This document shows positions 12,251 through 24,998 of a DNA stretch of 64,000 nt, in pieces (within the stretch, counting starts at the first letter, position 1; each line of letters opens with the position of its first letter). The DNA is from Lama guanicoe (taxonomy: Eukaryota): positions 962,536 through 1,026,535 of the forward strand of contig MU053594.1 in assembly GCA_013239625.1 (NCBI GenBank), read 5' to 3'. The notes beneath the pieces are model-generated. The model saw only the letters and a list, made by a program, of their open reading frames with translations, ran no database searches and was not told the origin of the DNA. The position numbers were made by a program, and so were the translations under genes.

Positions 12251-13569
12251 TGAGAACTAAAATAAAGTTCTAGTTTATGGGAAAAAAAAATTTCAAGAGC
12301 CAAAGATGTAACGGTATAATTTTTAAGTTTAGACTTCTTTATGTGTGGTTGTCTTATTCATGTTTACCATCTGACTTACAAGTAAGCATCGATTCCAATG
12401 TATTATTTTACTCCAAATATACTCTTTGGAAAGATTAAGCCAGCAATAATGTTACTAGTCATGTTGCTCCTGCCGGAAGGCACAAAGCAATTGATTTCCT
12501 AATGGACACCAGCACAATCCATCTCACGGAGTGCTAATGGGTTAAAACCAGGTGTCACAGTGAGGAAGAGAGAGCAATGAGACACAGGATTAAATTTCCC
12601 CATCTCCCCTCTCCATCAGAATGTCAATCAGCCCACTCAAGACGTGCCATTTAATAGAAAGTAGTCAGAGTTCCCAGAGAAAATCATCTCAGTTCCTAAA
12701 GCTAAATTAGAACTGTCTCAATAGTTGGAAGACCTGTCCATATAAATCTGTAATAACACGGCGAGTAACATCTTCCATCTTTTACGAGAAGATACATGAC
12801 TATCACATGGCAAAGAAACTGCATTACGAAGGGCCAGGAGGCACCCGTCACACATGGTTGGGTATGTTTCCTAAGGACTGATTTTCAACTAATGCTGATG
12901 AGCCCTTAATGCACATTCTGGTGTTCTAAACGATCACTTAGGTATTCACTTAAACTCAATCTGATTTTGTATTTCTTCTACAAGACTATTATTCTAACAG
13001 GGTCAGAATGGACTAAAGGATCATGTTTGTGGAGCACTGATCATTTGAGTTTGCATTTCAGCAAAGCAGGCTTGTGGTGTCTAAGACGTGCGTGGCTCCT
13101 GAGAACTGAGCAGAGGGTGTGAACCCTCCATCTAGGTCATGTCAACCATGCAGGCCCGCTGGGTGCCTACTCGGCCCCACGTGAACTGGGCATCTTGCAG
13201 TGATGCAGCTCTTCTGAGGAGCTCAGCATAACCAGTCTATCAGGAACGCTGAGCGGTCTCCAGAGCAGGCAGAGCAAGGACTGGGGACAACCTGTGCTGG
13301 AGGTACAATGTCAAGTTGAGACCACATGCTGATGATGGAGGCTTCTGAGCACAATGCTTGTCCAGAACGGCAGGGCCAGCCTAGTCGCAGACAGAGGACA
13401 GAGTCTACATCAGAGAATGAGGAAAGCCATCCCAGAATTAACAACAGGCCGCACACAGCGGTGTACTAGGATACGGTACGAAGCTCTGCCCTCTGCAAAC
13501 CCCTGGGAGAGCCCCTGACTGGACCATCCTGCCCTCGTGCTTCACATGGTACCCGGTAAGTTAGCTTGT

Positions 13570-14050
13570 GTTCCTTCTCTGCTTAAAATGCTACATTGGC
13601 ATCCTATCCTTCAGAGTGAAATCCAACGCCCTAGTGGCCTCTCTAGTCCCTCAGGCTGCTTCAGCTACATTTGCCTTCTCTGAGAGGCTGCGAGACTCTT
13701 CCCTACCTCTGGACCTTTGCACATGCTATTCCTGCTCTCTGAAATTTGCTTCCTCCCATTTTTTACAGGCCTGGCTCCTACTAAACTTTCCATTTTTTAC
13801 TGTCACCTTGGACAGGTCTTCCCTGATCTTTTTGTTAAGTATCAACACTCCTCCCCCTTCATTAGTCTCCAGCCCAAAACACAATTTTGTCTTTTCATGG
13901 CACTTAGCATGGTTCAAGGCCATTTGTTGACTTATTTACTTGGTTTTTGGTCTGATGCTGCCACTGTGGCATGAGATTCACAAAGAAAGGAAACCTGTTG
14001 GCTTGGTCTTTTCACTGCATATCCAGTACCTGGCACATCACAGGCATTCA
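13570..14050 (+). mobile_element. L2 3' fragment
   Basis: 'ggacctttgcacatgctattcctgctctctgaaat...ttcactgcatatccagtacctggcacatcacaggcattca'. Confidence 0.75.
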
Positions 14051-14064
14051 GGGAAGAGCACCGG

Positions 14065-14200
14065 TGTTGAAAGCACTATGCTCAGTGAAAGAAGCCAGAC
14101 ACAAAGGCCACACATTTGGTATGATTCCAGAAATGTCCAGAAAAGGCAAACTGCAGAGAGACAGAGCATGGATGAGTGGTTGCCAGGGGCTGGGGGAGGC
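14065..14200 (+). mobile_element. Old L1 (L1MB/L1ME) 3'UTR fragment
   Basis: 'atgctcagtgaaagaagccagacacaaaggccacac...aaaaggcaaactgcagagagacagag...gtggttgccaggggctgggg'. Confidence 0.8.
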
Positions 14201-15315
14201 CATTTCACCACCAATTTTTTGTCTTCCTTCATCTACTTGTGACACTTTTGATCAACACCTTGTGAACTCTTCCTTGGTCCTGGAAAAAAAAGTCAGAGTG
14301 ACTAGTAACCACAACTAAAACTGTGTCCAAGGGAAACATTGGGGAACACTGAGGAAATGAAATGCAAAAGATATAGAAGCGTCATCTTTCCAAATATTGA
14401 AATTTAAACGCAGGAATTTATAAAATAAAATTTGCAGCCCCAAACATGAGATTGACTTTTCGGACAGGCAAGAATGGGAGGCCTTCTGACTCTCCCATAG
14501 TTTGGATCCCATACACAACAACATAGCCTTTATCAAACTATGAATAATTTAAACCATGCTTATGAGCTCATAGAGGGAAGACTCTTTCTAAACCAGCTGC
14601 CAAAACTGGAATTCTTGATAAGCTGAGCCTTAAAAAGACATAGAAGATTTAAAAGAAATGTACATGCACTTTCTTAAGGACCTGGATTAGGTCTTTAAAG
14701 TGAAGACAGCTACATTATACACAAATGAATATAAATATCCAAGTTTAGTTCATAATGCCAAAAAACAGACACCGATTCTCAATTATCCCCTGGAATCAGC
14801 CACTATGGTATCATAAAACATGATGGATCAACCAGCAAGGGTACATACACATCACAGTCTTGTTAAATATCTTGTCTGAAATGCTTCTGAATTATCTTCT
14901 TAAGTGAAGCCACCAAGATCTACAGAACCTAGAGACAAGTGCTTTAAAGTCACGAAAAATTTCATCTTAAAAACAATCTTTAAAAAATCTTGAAGTAAAA
15001 TATTGTAAAAAAAAAATAGAAAAATATTTACATTTTCAACTTCAGCCAGACTGTTGTAAGAATCTCATGTTCAGTATTCAGTCTTCTCTAATATGTTCTT
15101 ACTCATCTGTTCTGTCTCCTAAGTAAACGCCCCCACTCCCTATAGAGCCCTGGTGAGGAAAGAGGTTCTGGCTAATCGTTTCTGTCCGCCCTTTGTTTCC
15201 ACTGGATTAGAAATAATGTACCATTCATTAAGTACTTGCTCTTGTGCCAAGTGCTTTACATGCATTAGCCCTAAAACCAAGCTTTTTCTCTATTTAATGG
15301 GAAGGAACCACCGGC

Positions 15316-15819
15316 TGTGGCGGAGCACACTTTACAAAGACGGCAGCAACAATATGATCTACCCCCTTGCCCTTGTGTAGTGTAGCCCTACCATCCAGAG
15401 ATGCCTTGACCAACAGAATATGGCAGAAGTGACTCTGTGCCAGTTAGAGGCGAGGCCCCTAACTGATCTGGCAGCTTCTACTTTCTGCCTCTTCTGCCTC
15501 TTGGAAACTACCTGTCACATTAGAAGTCACCATCTTGACACTGCCATGCTGTGACAGGCTCAAGCCTGAGGGATGACCAGCATGCGGAGAGGCATGCCAA
15601 CAAGCATGGAGGCATCAGAGATGGAAGTGAAGGAGCCATCTCGGAAGTCAATCCTCCAAGCCCTGCCTCCAAAGATGATGCCATGAGGATCAAGCACAAA
15701 CTACCCAGCCAAATCCTCCCTGAAGTCCCAACTTGCAAAAACATAAGCCAAATAAAATGGCTGTTTTAAGCCACTAAACTTTGGGCTTGTTTGTTACACA
15801 GCAGCGGATAACTGTAACA
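15316..15819 (+). mobile_element. MLT1 (MLT1G/H-like) MaLR solo LTR
   Basis: TG...CA termini; 'ttgaccaacagaatatggcagaagtgactctgtgccagtt' and 3' 'gttttaagccactaaactttggg...ttgttacacagcagcggataactgtaaca'. Confidence 0.85.
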
Positions 15820-15924
15820 CTCTCCCTTGGAACCCTTAACTCTGGAAGGGCCTAGGATCTAAAAAAAGACTTAAAGAGATTCCAGTTGAGCTCTCTATGT
15901 TATGATTGGCAAAGTATAACTTAG

Positions 15925-16080
15925 GCCCTTTTACTAAGAGAGCAACTGAGGCCCAGAAAGATTAAGTGGCTTGATCCCAAGAGAGCAGATAACCCACATG
16001 GTACTCATCATGTACTCATGGTACTCATATATCACACTCAGGCAAGTAGGGGAAGAAGCCTAGAACTCGGTTCTCTGGCT
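15925..16080 (-). mobile_element. MIR fragment
   Basis: 'ccttttactaagagagcaactgaggcccagaaagattaagtggcttg'. Confidence 0.6.
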
Positions 16081-16508
16081 GTTTTCTGTTTTCTGTTTTC
16101 TTGCTGTGCAGACATTCTCCTACTTACTTTTCCAAGCTGTTTGACCAGAGCATGAAATAACATTAAAGGAAATGGAGAACCAAGACTTCAAGTTTAGAAG
16201 GGGGAAAAATGGCCAATAACAGAGACAGCAGAAGACAGTTCACCAAAGCCATATTTCTAATGTATCTGAACCTCTAAGTGTGAATAATGACTCTCCCCAA
16301 ATTAGAGTGTCTTTCTTTGTTGGAGGAGCCCACTTTGCTCTCAGTAGCATCAGGCCAACAGCTGGGGAGCATCCCCACTGGGCTGGCTGCAAAAGCAGCT
16401 GTGGTGAAGCTGAGGGAGTCCGGGTGAGAGGCGAGAAGCAGCAGAAACAGGTTGGTGACTGGACTGGACTCCTCGGAGCTCCCTTCAAGGTCAAGAAGCC
16501 ACAGTTCT

Positions 16509-16603
16509 AGATGTTATGGCTGAATCACTCTGCTCCACACCAGAAACTAACACACCACCGTAAATCAGCGACACTTCAACAAAAAATAAATAGAAAAAAA
16601 GAA
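16509..16603 (+). mobile_element. Very short L1 3'-terminal insertion with TSD
   Basis: 'tgaatcactctgctccacaccagaaactaacacaccaccgtaaatcagcgacacttcaa' followed by an A-tail. ACAGTTCT at 16501-16508 and 16604-16611. Confidence 0.8.
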
Positions 16604-17089
16604 ACAGTTCTGCCCCTTCTGTACCAAACAACTACAGACGAAAGCCAACTCCAAATCTGAATTTAAAAGCATTCAATTTCAAAGGGTTTCATCCAATAAG
16701 CCAAACAAACTCCTCAACATAAGATTCTATACACTTAGGAACCCAGGAGGAGGCCAGGGCTTCATGGTGTGGCTTCTACACAAAGGAGGGACACATTCTA
16801 CCTCAGTCAAAACTCCCTCACTCCTTTTGCTCTCAGTGTCCCTCCTAGTGTCCATCCCCTCTCATGACCCTTCCCACCAGCTCCCTGGAAACCTTTCTCA
16901 TTGAAAACACACCCCTACCCACTGTACTTTACAGAACACTCTCCACATCCAGCTTTTAAAGGCAACCACGATCTTCTCTGAGAACAACACTCCTCTAGAG
17001 CCCCTCCCAAGGAAATCCACATGTTCTCCCACATCATCTGCACTACAGAACCAGAAACTGGGGCAAAGGACAGCCAGTCTTACAATGCA

Positions 17090-18235
17090 GTGAATGATGC
17101 AATCAACCGCCTATTGAATATCTTCACCCTGGGGACTCCAGAGGGGCTCTCAAACTCAACATGTCCATAATTGGACTGATTCATCTTCTTCCATGACAAA
17201 CCTGTTGTTTTGGGGGTTTTGTTTGGTTTTTTTTTTCCTTAATTTTTCTAGCTTTATTGAGATATAATTAACATATAATGCTGTATATTGCACACAAAAT
17301 GTCCAACATGTTGATTTGATATATGTGTATATTGCAAAATGGTTACCACAATAAGCTTACTTAACACATCCATCACATCACATAGGGACCTTTTTTGGTG
17401 TGTATGCAAACCTGTTATTTTGTATTCTCTATTTCAGTTGATAAGAGTCTGCCCACTCATGCTACAAATGTGGGAGTGGTCTTTGACTTCTGTCTGCTCC
17501 TCACCTCCAACCCATAATCAGTGACAAATTACAAGAGCTCCCCTCATATATATTTTTAAAACTTATCCTTCTTCTCCATTCTAACACACCCCTGGTTTAG
17601 ATACTCACAGCAGCCTAACTGGCTTGATTGCATTCTGGTCCATTCAAATTGAGACTTCCGAGTAGCCAGAGTTCTCCCTCTAAAATATGGCTGTGTCCTC
17701 ATCCTTCTGTTTACATTCTCCAGTGGTCCACTCTGCCTGGAGGATAAAGCCTGTTTCTTAACACTGTATCCTGGACCCTCTTATCCCATCCCTACCCATT
17801 TCTGCAGTACAACATGTCACCTCTTCCTTCCTCACTCTATTGCCTGTAGCGTTGAGCACACTTCATGCTGTTTCTCACCTCCCCACCTTTGCTAATCTCT
17901 CCCCCCCACCATATGGGTGCTCACCACCTCCCTCTCCTCTCTGGCACTTCACCTGGTTATCTCTCAGTCACTATTACTTATAATTCAGGTGTCCCTGCTG
18001 CTGGGAAGCCATTCCTGACATCTTCCTTCATCTTTCACCACCCGTAAGTTAGGTTTCTTGCCTCCGTGTACCTGTAAGAGACTTGGACTTCTATCACTGC
18101 ATCTCTAGCACCGCCCACAGTACTCACTACCAAGGTAATTTAAAGAGATCATGATTTACTCTTTCTTTGTTTCTCTGGCGCCTAACACCAAGCCTAGCAA
18201 TGTAGCAGATGCTCAAAAAACTTTTAATGAATGGA
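17090..18235 (+). mobile_element. L2 remnant (interrupted by an L1 fragment)
   Basis: 'ctcaaactcaacatgtcca', C/T-rich body and tail 'gcctagcaatgtagcagatgctcaaaaaacttttaatgaatggatga'. Confidence 0.75.
17212..17406 (-). mobile_element. L1 (L1MA-like) 3' end nested in L2, with TSD
   Basis: T-rich tail and 'gctttattgagatataatt...atattgcaaaatggttaccacaataagc'. TSD CAAACCTGTT(G/A)TTTT at 17197-17211 and 17407-17421. Confidence 0.85.
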
Positions 18236-18287
18236 TGATTAAATCATTACACGACTGTCTGACTAAAAGGATAGGTCTATATCCAAA

Positions 18288-18790
18288 TGTATCAGTTATC
18301 TATGGCTGTGTAACCATATTACACCAATTCAGTGGCTTTAAAAAATACACATTTATCATCTAAAGAGTTTCTGTAGGCCAGGGTTCCAAGCACAGCCTGG
18401 CTGGGTCTTCTACCCCAGGGTCTCAATTACGATGTTGGCCAGGGCCGTGGTGTCATCTGAGGCTTGACTGGGGAAGGATCTGCCATCAAGCTCACGTAGT
18501 TATTGGCAGTATCCATTTCCTTGCAGACTGCTGGCATGAGGGCCTCACTGGCACTAGAGGTCACCCTCAGTTCCTTGCCACACGAGACTTTCCAGCATGG
18601 CCAGAAAAGACAGACATTACAGTCTTATGTAATGTAATCACAGAAGTGTTATCCCATCACCCCTCCTGTATCATATTTATTAGAGACAAGCCACAGGTTC
18701 CTTCCACACTCAAGGGGAGGGGATTACACAAGGGCATGAAAGCCGGGGGGGGGGGAATTACAGGCAATCTTAGAGTCCGTCTGCCACACA
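18288..18790 (-). mobile_element. MLT1 (MLT1F-like) MaLR solo LTR
   Basis: 'tgtatcagttatctatggctgtgtaac...tcatctgaggcttgactggggaaggatctgcc...cacactcaaggggaggggattacacaagggcatga...ctgccacaca'. Confidence 0.85.
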
Positions 18791-20179
18791 AAGATACAGT
18801 TTTGAGGGAACTCACCAGAAAGGCCATGTACCTAAAACAGCAAGGAGAGGACTGAGAACAGTGAGAGCATGTTCATTACGTGAAAAGGAGTACATTAACG
18901 TGTGAAACTTACTGCATAATCCTAACTAATTTTTTTCTCTTTATGGAAATGACTTTTAGGTTACTAGAGAATTCCACAATTAATTTTTTAAAAAATTCCT
19001 GTAAAGCACAGCTCTGGGTTTGGGGGCAAATACTAAATTTAAAACATGGACAATTTTCTGCTCCTATATTCCTTTCGGCATCATTATTTTTGTAACTGGC
19101 TCTTTAGATCAGCTAGAGTCTTCTTAAATCATTTATTTTTCATCCATTTTACAGGGTGTTTGGGGCCCAGGAGGCAGAGCTTTACTTAATACATCTCAAT
19201 AATTTATAGCCAACAATACACTGAGGGAAATGTCAACCTCATAAAAACTGAAATTTGGAAAGTGAAAAATGCTCAAATTTTCCTCAGAGAAAGAGAAATT
19301 TATGAAAATCAGGCAGCTCAAGGAAGTATATTAAAACATTTCAAAATATAAAGAATGTGTTTAATGCATCAGCACTTTTTAGACGTGTCCCTACAGCCTG
19401 CACCCCATTTGTAACAAAAACAGCAGCCTCTGACTATGTCATGACTGGCCTGTCACTCCTCAGGCAAATCAGCACCAAACGTGGCCAGTGACACAGCAGT
19501 CACCTCAAGGTGGAACACTGTCTCTAGGCCTTCCTACATCCTCCCTTAAAAGGGTCCTGATCTTTTTCATAAGTGTTTTGTTTCCCCGGTGAGTGTCTCT
19601 CTGCTCCCTCTGACCCGGGGTTAATCACAACAGTTATGGAGAAGGTCCCCAATGCCGCTCAAGAGACTTTATGGATGAGGGAGAAAGAAAAACAATAAAA
19701 CGAACAACTTCTGACTTTCTACCAAAACATAAAGCCATCAGCAGTCATCAGCAAAGACCTGGGGACCAGGCTAACCTGGCCTCCAAAAAGCCAAAGAGGT
19801 CCACTTCTCTGCAGTGAAAACAGCCTCTCAGGCCTCTCTTTAGTTCTGTGATCAGGGAATAAGGAGAGAAATTTCCAGCAAACTCTGAAGCCTCTGGGTA
19901 ATTTCTGAGGTGTAGTCATGATCTCCAATTAGATTCTTAGGGTTTACCCAATCAAATACAATAGCACCCTGAGGATGCAACTGGAAAAGTAGCTTTCTTC
20001 AAGTGCAACCAGGTTGTAAACGATATGGTGAAGGTCTCAGGTAAAGGTTTTTAAATGCTGAGGCTGGGATTTGAATATTACACCCATGAACCTACCAGCC
20101 CTGGCACTCAACTGGCTGACCCTGGACTCCAGCTAAGTAACAGAAGCTTATGAAAGAGCCAAGGAACAAAAGTTATAGA

Positions 20180-20270
20180 ATCAGAACACTCCTCATTCAA
20201 TAGCTGGGTGAGTTGTTTCACGTCTCTGAGCCTCAGTTTTCTCCCCTACGAACTGCCTATTTCACAGACT
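20180..20270 (+). mobile_element. MIR core fragment
   Basis: 'tctctgagcctcagttttctc'. Confidence 0.55.
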
Positions 20271-20912
20271 TGAGTTCATCTTGGAACATCTTTGGTGAGC
20301 TCAGGGGAGGAGGAACCCGTCAGGAACTGAAGTTATCTAAAGGCAGGAGAAAGCCAGGCTCACCAACTTGACTCAGGTCGGAGGGAAGATGCGATCCTGG
20401 ATACAGCAGGGCTGCACAGATCCACCTCCAGCCTAGACCTATGGCCTTGGGCTGGCCCAGAAAGAGAAGGCCAGTGTGGAGAAACCAGAGCAGCCTTTCC
20501 CGGAGCATAAGAAAGCTGGTCTGGTGTCCTCGAGGTAAAAGCATGAAGGCCTGAGAAAGCAACAAATTCCTTTTCACAGATAACAACGTGGCCTTACTGT
20601 AACATCGGCTCCAAGCAACACAGAGTATCTAGCACGCTGGGGATGCACCCAGCGAGACTCAGCAGATACTAGCTGAGCACTTACACTGTGGTTGGAAGTA
20701 CAGAGACAGGCCCCGGCAGAGAAGGCACCAGAAGCGAAGGCATAGGTGAAGAGTGCAGAGGGGGGCTCAGAGGGAAAGACAGGAAAGGAGACATTCCCCA
20801 AGGACCCCTGACCAGGTACTTGAGGGGAGTTTTGCCAGGAATGAGATGCTACGGATACAGATCGGGACAAGAGTGTCTAGTATCTTTACTATCATTTTGA
20901 CCCTCACTGGCA

Positions 20913-21045
20913 TTTTTTTTTTGTTGGGAGGGGGGAAGTAATTAGGTTTTTATTTGTTTATTTTTTAAATGGAGGGACTAGGGATTAAACCCAAGACCCC
21001 ATGCATGTTAAACACACACTCTGCCACTGAGCTATACCCTCCCCC
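20913..21045 (-). mobile_element. tRNA-Ala-derived camelid SINE (Vic-1 type)
   Basis: Reverse of 'gggggagggtatagctcagtggcagag...', with tail 'aagtaattaggttt'. TSD TGACCCTCACTG(G/T)CA at 20898-20912 and 21046-21060. Confidence 0.9.
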
Positions 21046-21889
21046 TGACCCTCACTGTCACTATATAAAAAGGACAGGCTGGGAAGTTCGAGCCCTTTAC
21101 CATTATTATCTATAGGGGGAAACCAAAAATGTTGGACTTTTTTTTAAATAAACCCAGATTTCACAAAATTTTCTTCAAAGCAAAGCTGGAGAAAGGGAAA
21201 ATATTCCTCTGGTTATTGTGAGGCAAGAAACTGCTTCCATCATCAGACCAAGTTAAACCATGCTAACTCAATTTCCTTTTAGTGACAAGTTATGGTTTTT
21301 CCCAGCCTGCCTTCCTCATTTGCCAGGGACCCCATGTGAACCCACATCTGTGGGGGAGGGAGGAGGCTGCCATAAGGCTGCTGCTCAGATTAGGCACGAG
21401 ATGGAAATTCCAGTCACATTTCATAAAAGATGACTTCTGAGAAATTATTTCTGAGATATACCAAATCTGCTTCCCCCAGCTCAAGAATCCTTCAAAGTCC
21501 ACTTTAATGAACAGTGTTTTCAAGGAGAAGTCCTTTGTCTATTTGTTCTTTAAACAGGGAGCTCGGGTTTTCTTCCATTTGAAATTGCTTTATTGACTCG
21601 ACTTGTAGCAATTCCCTTTAGTACGTATCACCAGCAGGTCCAATGCAGCTACGGACTGGAATTCAATTACTGTCAAGTAAACAGCTTGCCACCCACACAG
21701 ATGCCATCCCCAATGAAGTTCCCCTGTTACTGAACTGAACACTTCTCTGCAAAAGGGAACAGAAAAGACTCTCTTATCAAAAGATGCACCTTGATGCTAT
21801 ATCGTACGTAGCATGGTTCCCTAAGCCATACAGACATCACACCGCTAAGGCAGGGAGGGCGTAAGGCAGCAGGCAAACTCAGAACCGTC

Positions 21890-22530
21890 TCTCGGGAGGG
21901 CAGTTTGTAATCTGTATCACTATGTAACACATCATGTAATCTGTATCACTGTGTACCGCATCATGTAATCTGTATCGCCGTGTACCGCATCATGTAATCT
22001 GTGTCTCTGTGTACCACATCATGTAATCTGTATCTCTATGTAATACATAATGTAATATGTGTTAGTATGCCTTAAAAATATTTGTACCTTGACCCAGCTT
22101 TTCCGTTTGTAGGAATATGTACTGAGAATATAAGTGAGTGTAGAAATCTTCAAGGATGCTCATTGCAATGCTGTTGATGGGTGAAAAAAAAAAGAAAGAA
22201 AGAAACTAACCCTCAGTGATAGGAATTGGTTAAATAAATTAGTCAATTAAATATTCTGCAGGCATCTTCCAACATTAAAAAATACATTAGAAAATATACA
22301 TGTAGAAATGATGCTACAGTGAGCAAACAAGCTTGCACTGCAATACAAAAAACTGTAGTTTATAAAATATATGCATCTGCACAAAAAAAAAAAACCCTGA
22401 GGAAGAGACACCAAAATGTTAATATTACTTATTTTTAGGTGGTAGTTCAATGGGTAATTTTAATTTTCCTCTTTTGTCTGAATTTATAAATTTTCGATAA
22501 TAACCATGTATTTTTTTTTAATAATAAAAA
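21890..22530 (+). mobile_element. Old L1 (L1ME-like) 3' fragment
   Basis: 'ggagggcagtttg...tttgtaccttgacccagc...caaggatgctcattgcaatgctgtt...taggaattggttaaataaatt...ggaagagacaccaaaatgttaa'. Confidence 0.7.
21906..22060. repeat. 29-bp minisatellite, about 5.3 copies
   Basis: Unit TGTAATCTGTATCACTGTGTACCGCATCA starting at 21906, 21935, 21964, 21993 and 22022, with a partial copy at 22051. Confidence 0.95.
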
Positions 22531-22784
22531 ATGAAGTATTTGGGTAAAGTTAGAATTAAAAGAGAACTGAAAATAATCAAGCCTAAGCTTTCATTTTACA
22601 TTTAGTGACGCTCTAGGTTAGGAGGATGGATCAGGCAAAAAGAAACTCTACCACCAATAAGGGAAGATAACTTCTTAAATCCCTATTCACATTAATGTTA
22701 CCTCTAAATTAAATGTGAAATTAAATGAATTACAGACTTCTCAAAATATCTCTAACTTAACATGGAACTCCCTCTAGAGGAGTT

Positions 22785-23220
22785 CTTCAGCTTTCCTGGG
22801 TCACTGAGACCACTTGAGATATCTGATTAATGCCATCATGGCAACTCCCAGAAAATGCACGTGGAGCTCTAATAAACAGAAATTTTGCATGTTGGTTCAG
22901 GGACTCACAGAGACCCAAAAGCCAGTCCATGAATTCCATTCAGCAGCGTTCTACACTGTGACGTGAAACCACACGACACGGAATAGAAAACGACAGAATA
23001 AAGAAGAAAAGGAATAACATCAAATATATCCTGCATCTATAAAGAGTCAGTAACATTTTGTGAGATTTTTGGCTCACCAAATTATTTTAAACACGTGGAT
23101 AAATCTAAAGCATATTCAATGATATAATTTATTCTTGTGTGTGTGTTGGTGTATTCCGGACTGCGATATAAGACTTACCATCGCAGGGTAGAGTTCAACA
23201 GTAGGAAAGTGACCATCCTA
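22785..23220. mobile_element. Probable hAT-Charlie-type DNA transposon relics
   Basis: 'ttcagctttcctgggtcactgagaccacttgagatatctgat...aattttgcat...ggactcacagagaccc' and an adjacent Charlie-like segment. Family not resolved. Confidence 0.45.
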
Positions 23221-23580
23221 GAAGCCCATTACTCCAGGTTAAAACAAGAAAAAAAAAAACTTGCACTATAAGGGAAAACAGCATGAGGGTGATTGAACTA
23301 AGGACCTAACTACACCCTTTGGAGGAAATCAGAGGAAAGAGTGGAGTTTCTTAAACCTCCTATAAAAAACTATCTATTGCTGTTTGGAAAAAAACAGGAG
23401 TTAAAATTTTGGGTCAGGGCCTGAGCAAGCAACAGCTTTGGATTCTTTCTGATCTATGTTCCATAAGCATTTAAATGGTTTATTTTAAATTATGATTTAT
23501 TTACTACCATTAAACATGGACATTCATTCATGTGCTACTTTGATTTCTGTGAAGGTAAATCATATCCAGCCACAGGGAAA

Positions 23581-23666
23581 CTCATTTTCTCTCTCTCTCA
23601 TTCATTCTCTGTCTCTCTCTCTCTCATTCATTCTCTGTCTCCCTCATCCCCTCTTTTCTTTTTCCC
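23581..23666. repeat. (TC)-rich pyrimidine tract with internal duplication
   Basis: 'ctctctctctcattcattctctgtct' occurs twice. Confidence 0.85.
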
Positions 23667-24483
23667 AGAACAGAGCAGCGGCTAGAAGTGGAAAATTTCC
23701 ACCGAACTGATTGACTCTGAGACGTCCAGACCAGCCACAAGGAGACAAATGTCTATTTCAGATTGTCTCCAGTTCATGCCAAATGCCTGAACCCAATGGA
23801 TCTTCCATCAGAAGGGTGGGTTCATGTTCCATTAAGACAACTGATTCAGTCAAGTTTTCTCTCACATCTGTTTCAGCACAAGCCACTGAATAGCCCTCAG
23901 ACACTCCTTGTCACCAAGACAGGCACATAGCTCTTTAGTTTTATGGGAAGCGCTCCTAATGGTTTTGGTTCACGCTCAGGGGAGTGTGGAAGAGGAAGAA
24001 ACTGGTTCCAGGTCGGGGGCCCTCCGGGAGAACCCCTGCTATTTTTCTACACTCTTTCCAAGCTTTAACGCCCAGGCCTACACCATCTGTGGCGGGAAGG
24101 TCCCAGGGAATCAAAGCCGAGGCCAAGGTCACCTTCAGCACTTTCAGTGCTTCTCTTCCCTTCCCCGGGTGCTCTCCAAAGAGTATTTGCAGCAGGGGTC
24201 ATCGCTCTACATGAACACGTGGAAGTAGAAGTAGAATTTTAGGCATTAAATTATTGGAGTGGAGATGTAATTACTATTAATGCATTACAGGTGGAATGCG
24301 CTCTCTTCAGTATTTGAAGTCATGTTACATTGGCTACTATCTGGCTCTGACCCATGAATTTCAAAGGCATTTCCAAATAAAGGAAAAGAATTTTCAGGGA
24401 AGAAATTATCTAAGGTCAGTAAGAATCAGGCCAGAGATGAATCACAAATTAGGGTGAAGGCCAGGGAGCTAGTCATAAGATCC

Positions 24484-24660
24484 TTTTTTTTTTTTAATTG
24501 AGGCAAAACTCATATTAACACAAAATTACCCATTTTAAAGTGTACAGTTCAGTGGCATCTAACACAATACTCTGCCATCACCGCCTACATCAAGTTCCAA
24601 AACGTTAGCATCAGCCCCCAAAGAAAACCCTGCACCCATTTAGCAGTCACTCCCTGACCC
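24484..24660 (-). mobile_element. L1MB-like 3' end
   Basis: Poly-T followed by 'aattgaggcaaaactcatat...ccattttaaagtgtacagttcagtggcat...cacccatttagcagtcactccc'. Confidence 0.8.
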
Positions 24661-24960
24661 CAGGATCTTGAACTCAAAAGCAGATTTGACACTGAGAGGT
24701 CTGTTCACAAAAGGTCTAAGCTGAGCATAAATGTCAGGGCAGGAACTTTTCACACCTCCGCCATCACTATCCTCAGCTCACAGGGGAGGGTCCATAAACA
24801 TTGCTGAAGGAATGCTGAATGACTGGGAACCAAGCTGAGCAGCAAACGACTTGACTTGCTACCAAGTCAATGAACTATTAACCTCTCTCTGCCCACCCCC
24901 CAGACACTGAGCTAAGCCAGGCAATCGGTTCTAGAATCTAGAGATCTGGAGGGGGCTTAA

Positions 24961-24998
24961 CTCTTACCTGCATAGGTAAAGAGTAAAGAAGGGTCAGA
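24961..24998 (-). other. Candidate recursive splice site (branch point, polypyrimidine tract, CAG|GTAAGA)
   Basis: Minus strand reads TCTGAC CCTTCTTTACTCTTTACCTATG CAG|GTAAGAG. Branch A at 24994, AG at 24969-24968, GT at 24967-24966. Confidence 0.35.

Noticed and set aside
21906..22060. CRISPR-like array
   Set aside because: Head-to-tail 29-bp units with no unique spacers in mammalian DNA; it is a minisatellite.
23172..23225. Minus-strand ATG|GTAAGT donor with a short upstream exon
   Set aside because: It lies in a probable DNA-transposon relic and has a poor acceptor.
23581..23668. Strong-looking plus-strand splice acceptor (about 85-nt pyrimidine tract plus CAG)
   Set aside because: The tract is a duplicated (TC)n simple repeat, I found no good downstream donor or ORF, and it is opposite to the inferred gene strand.
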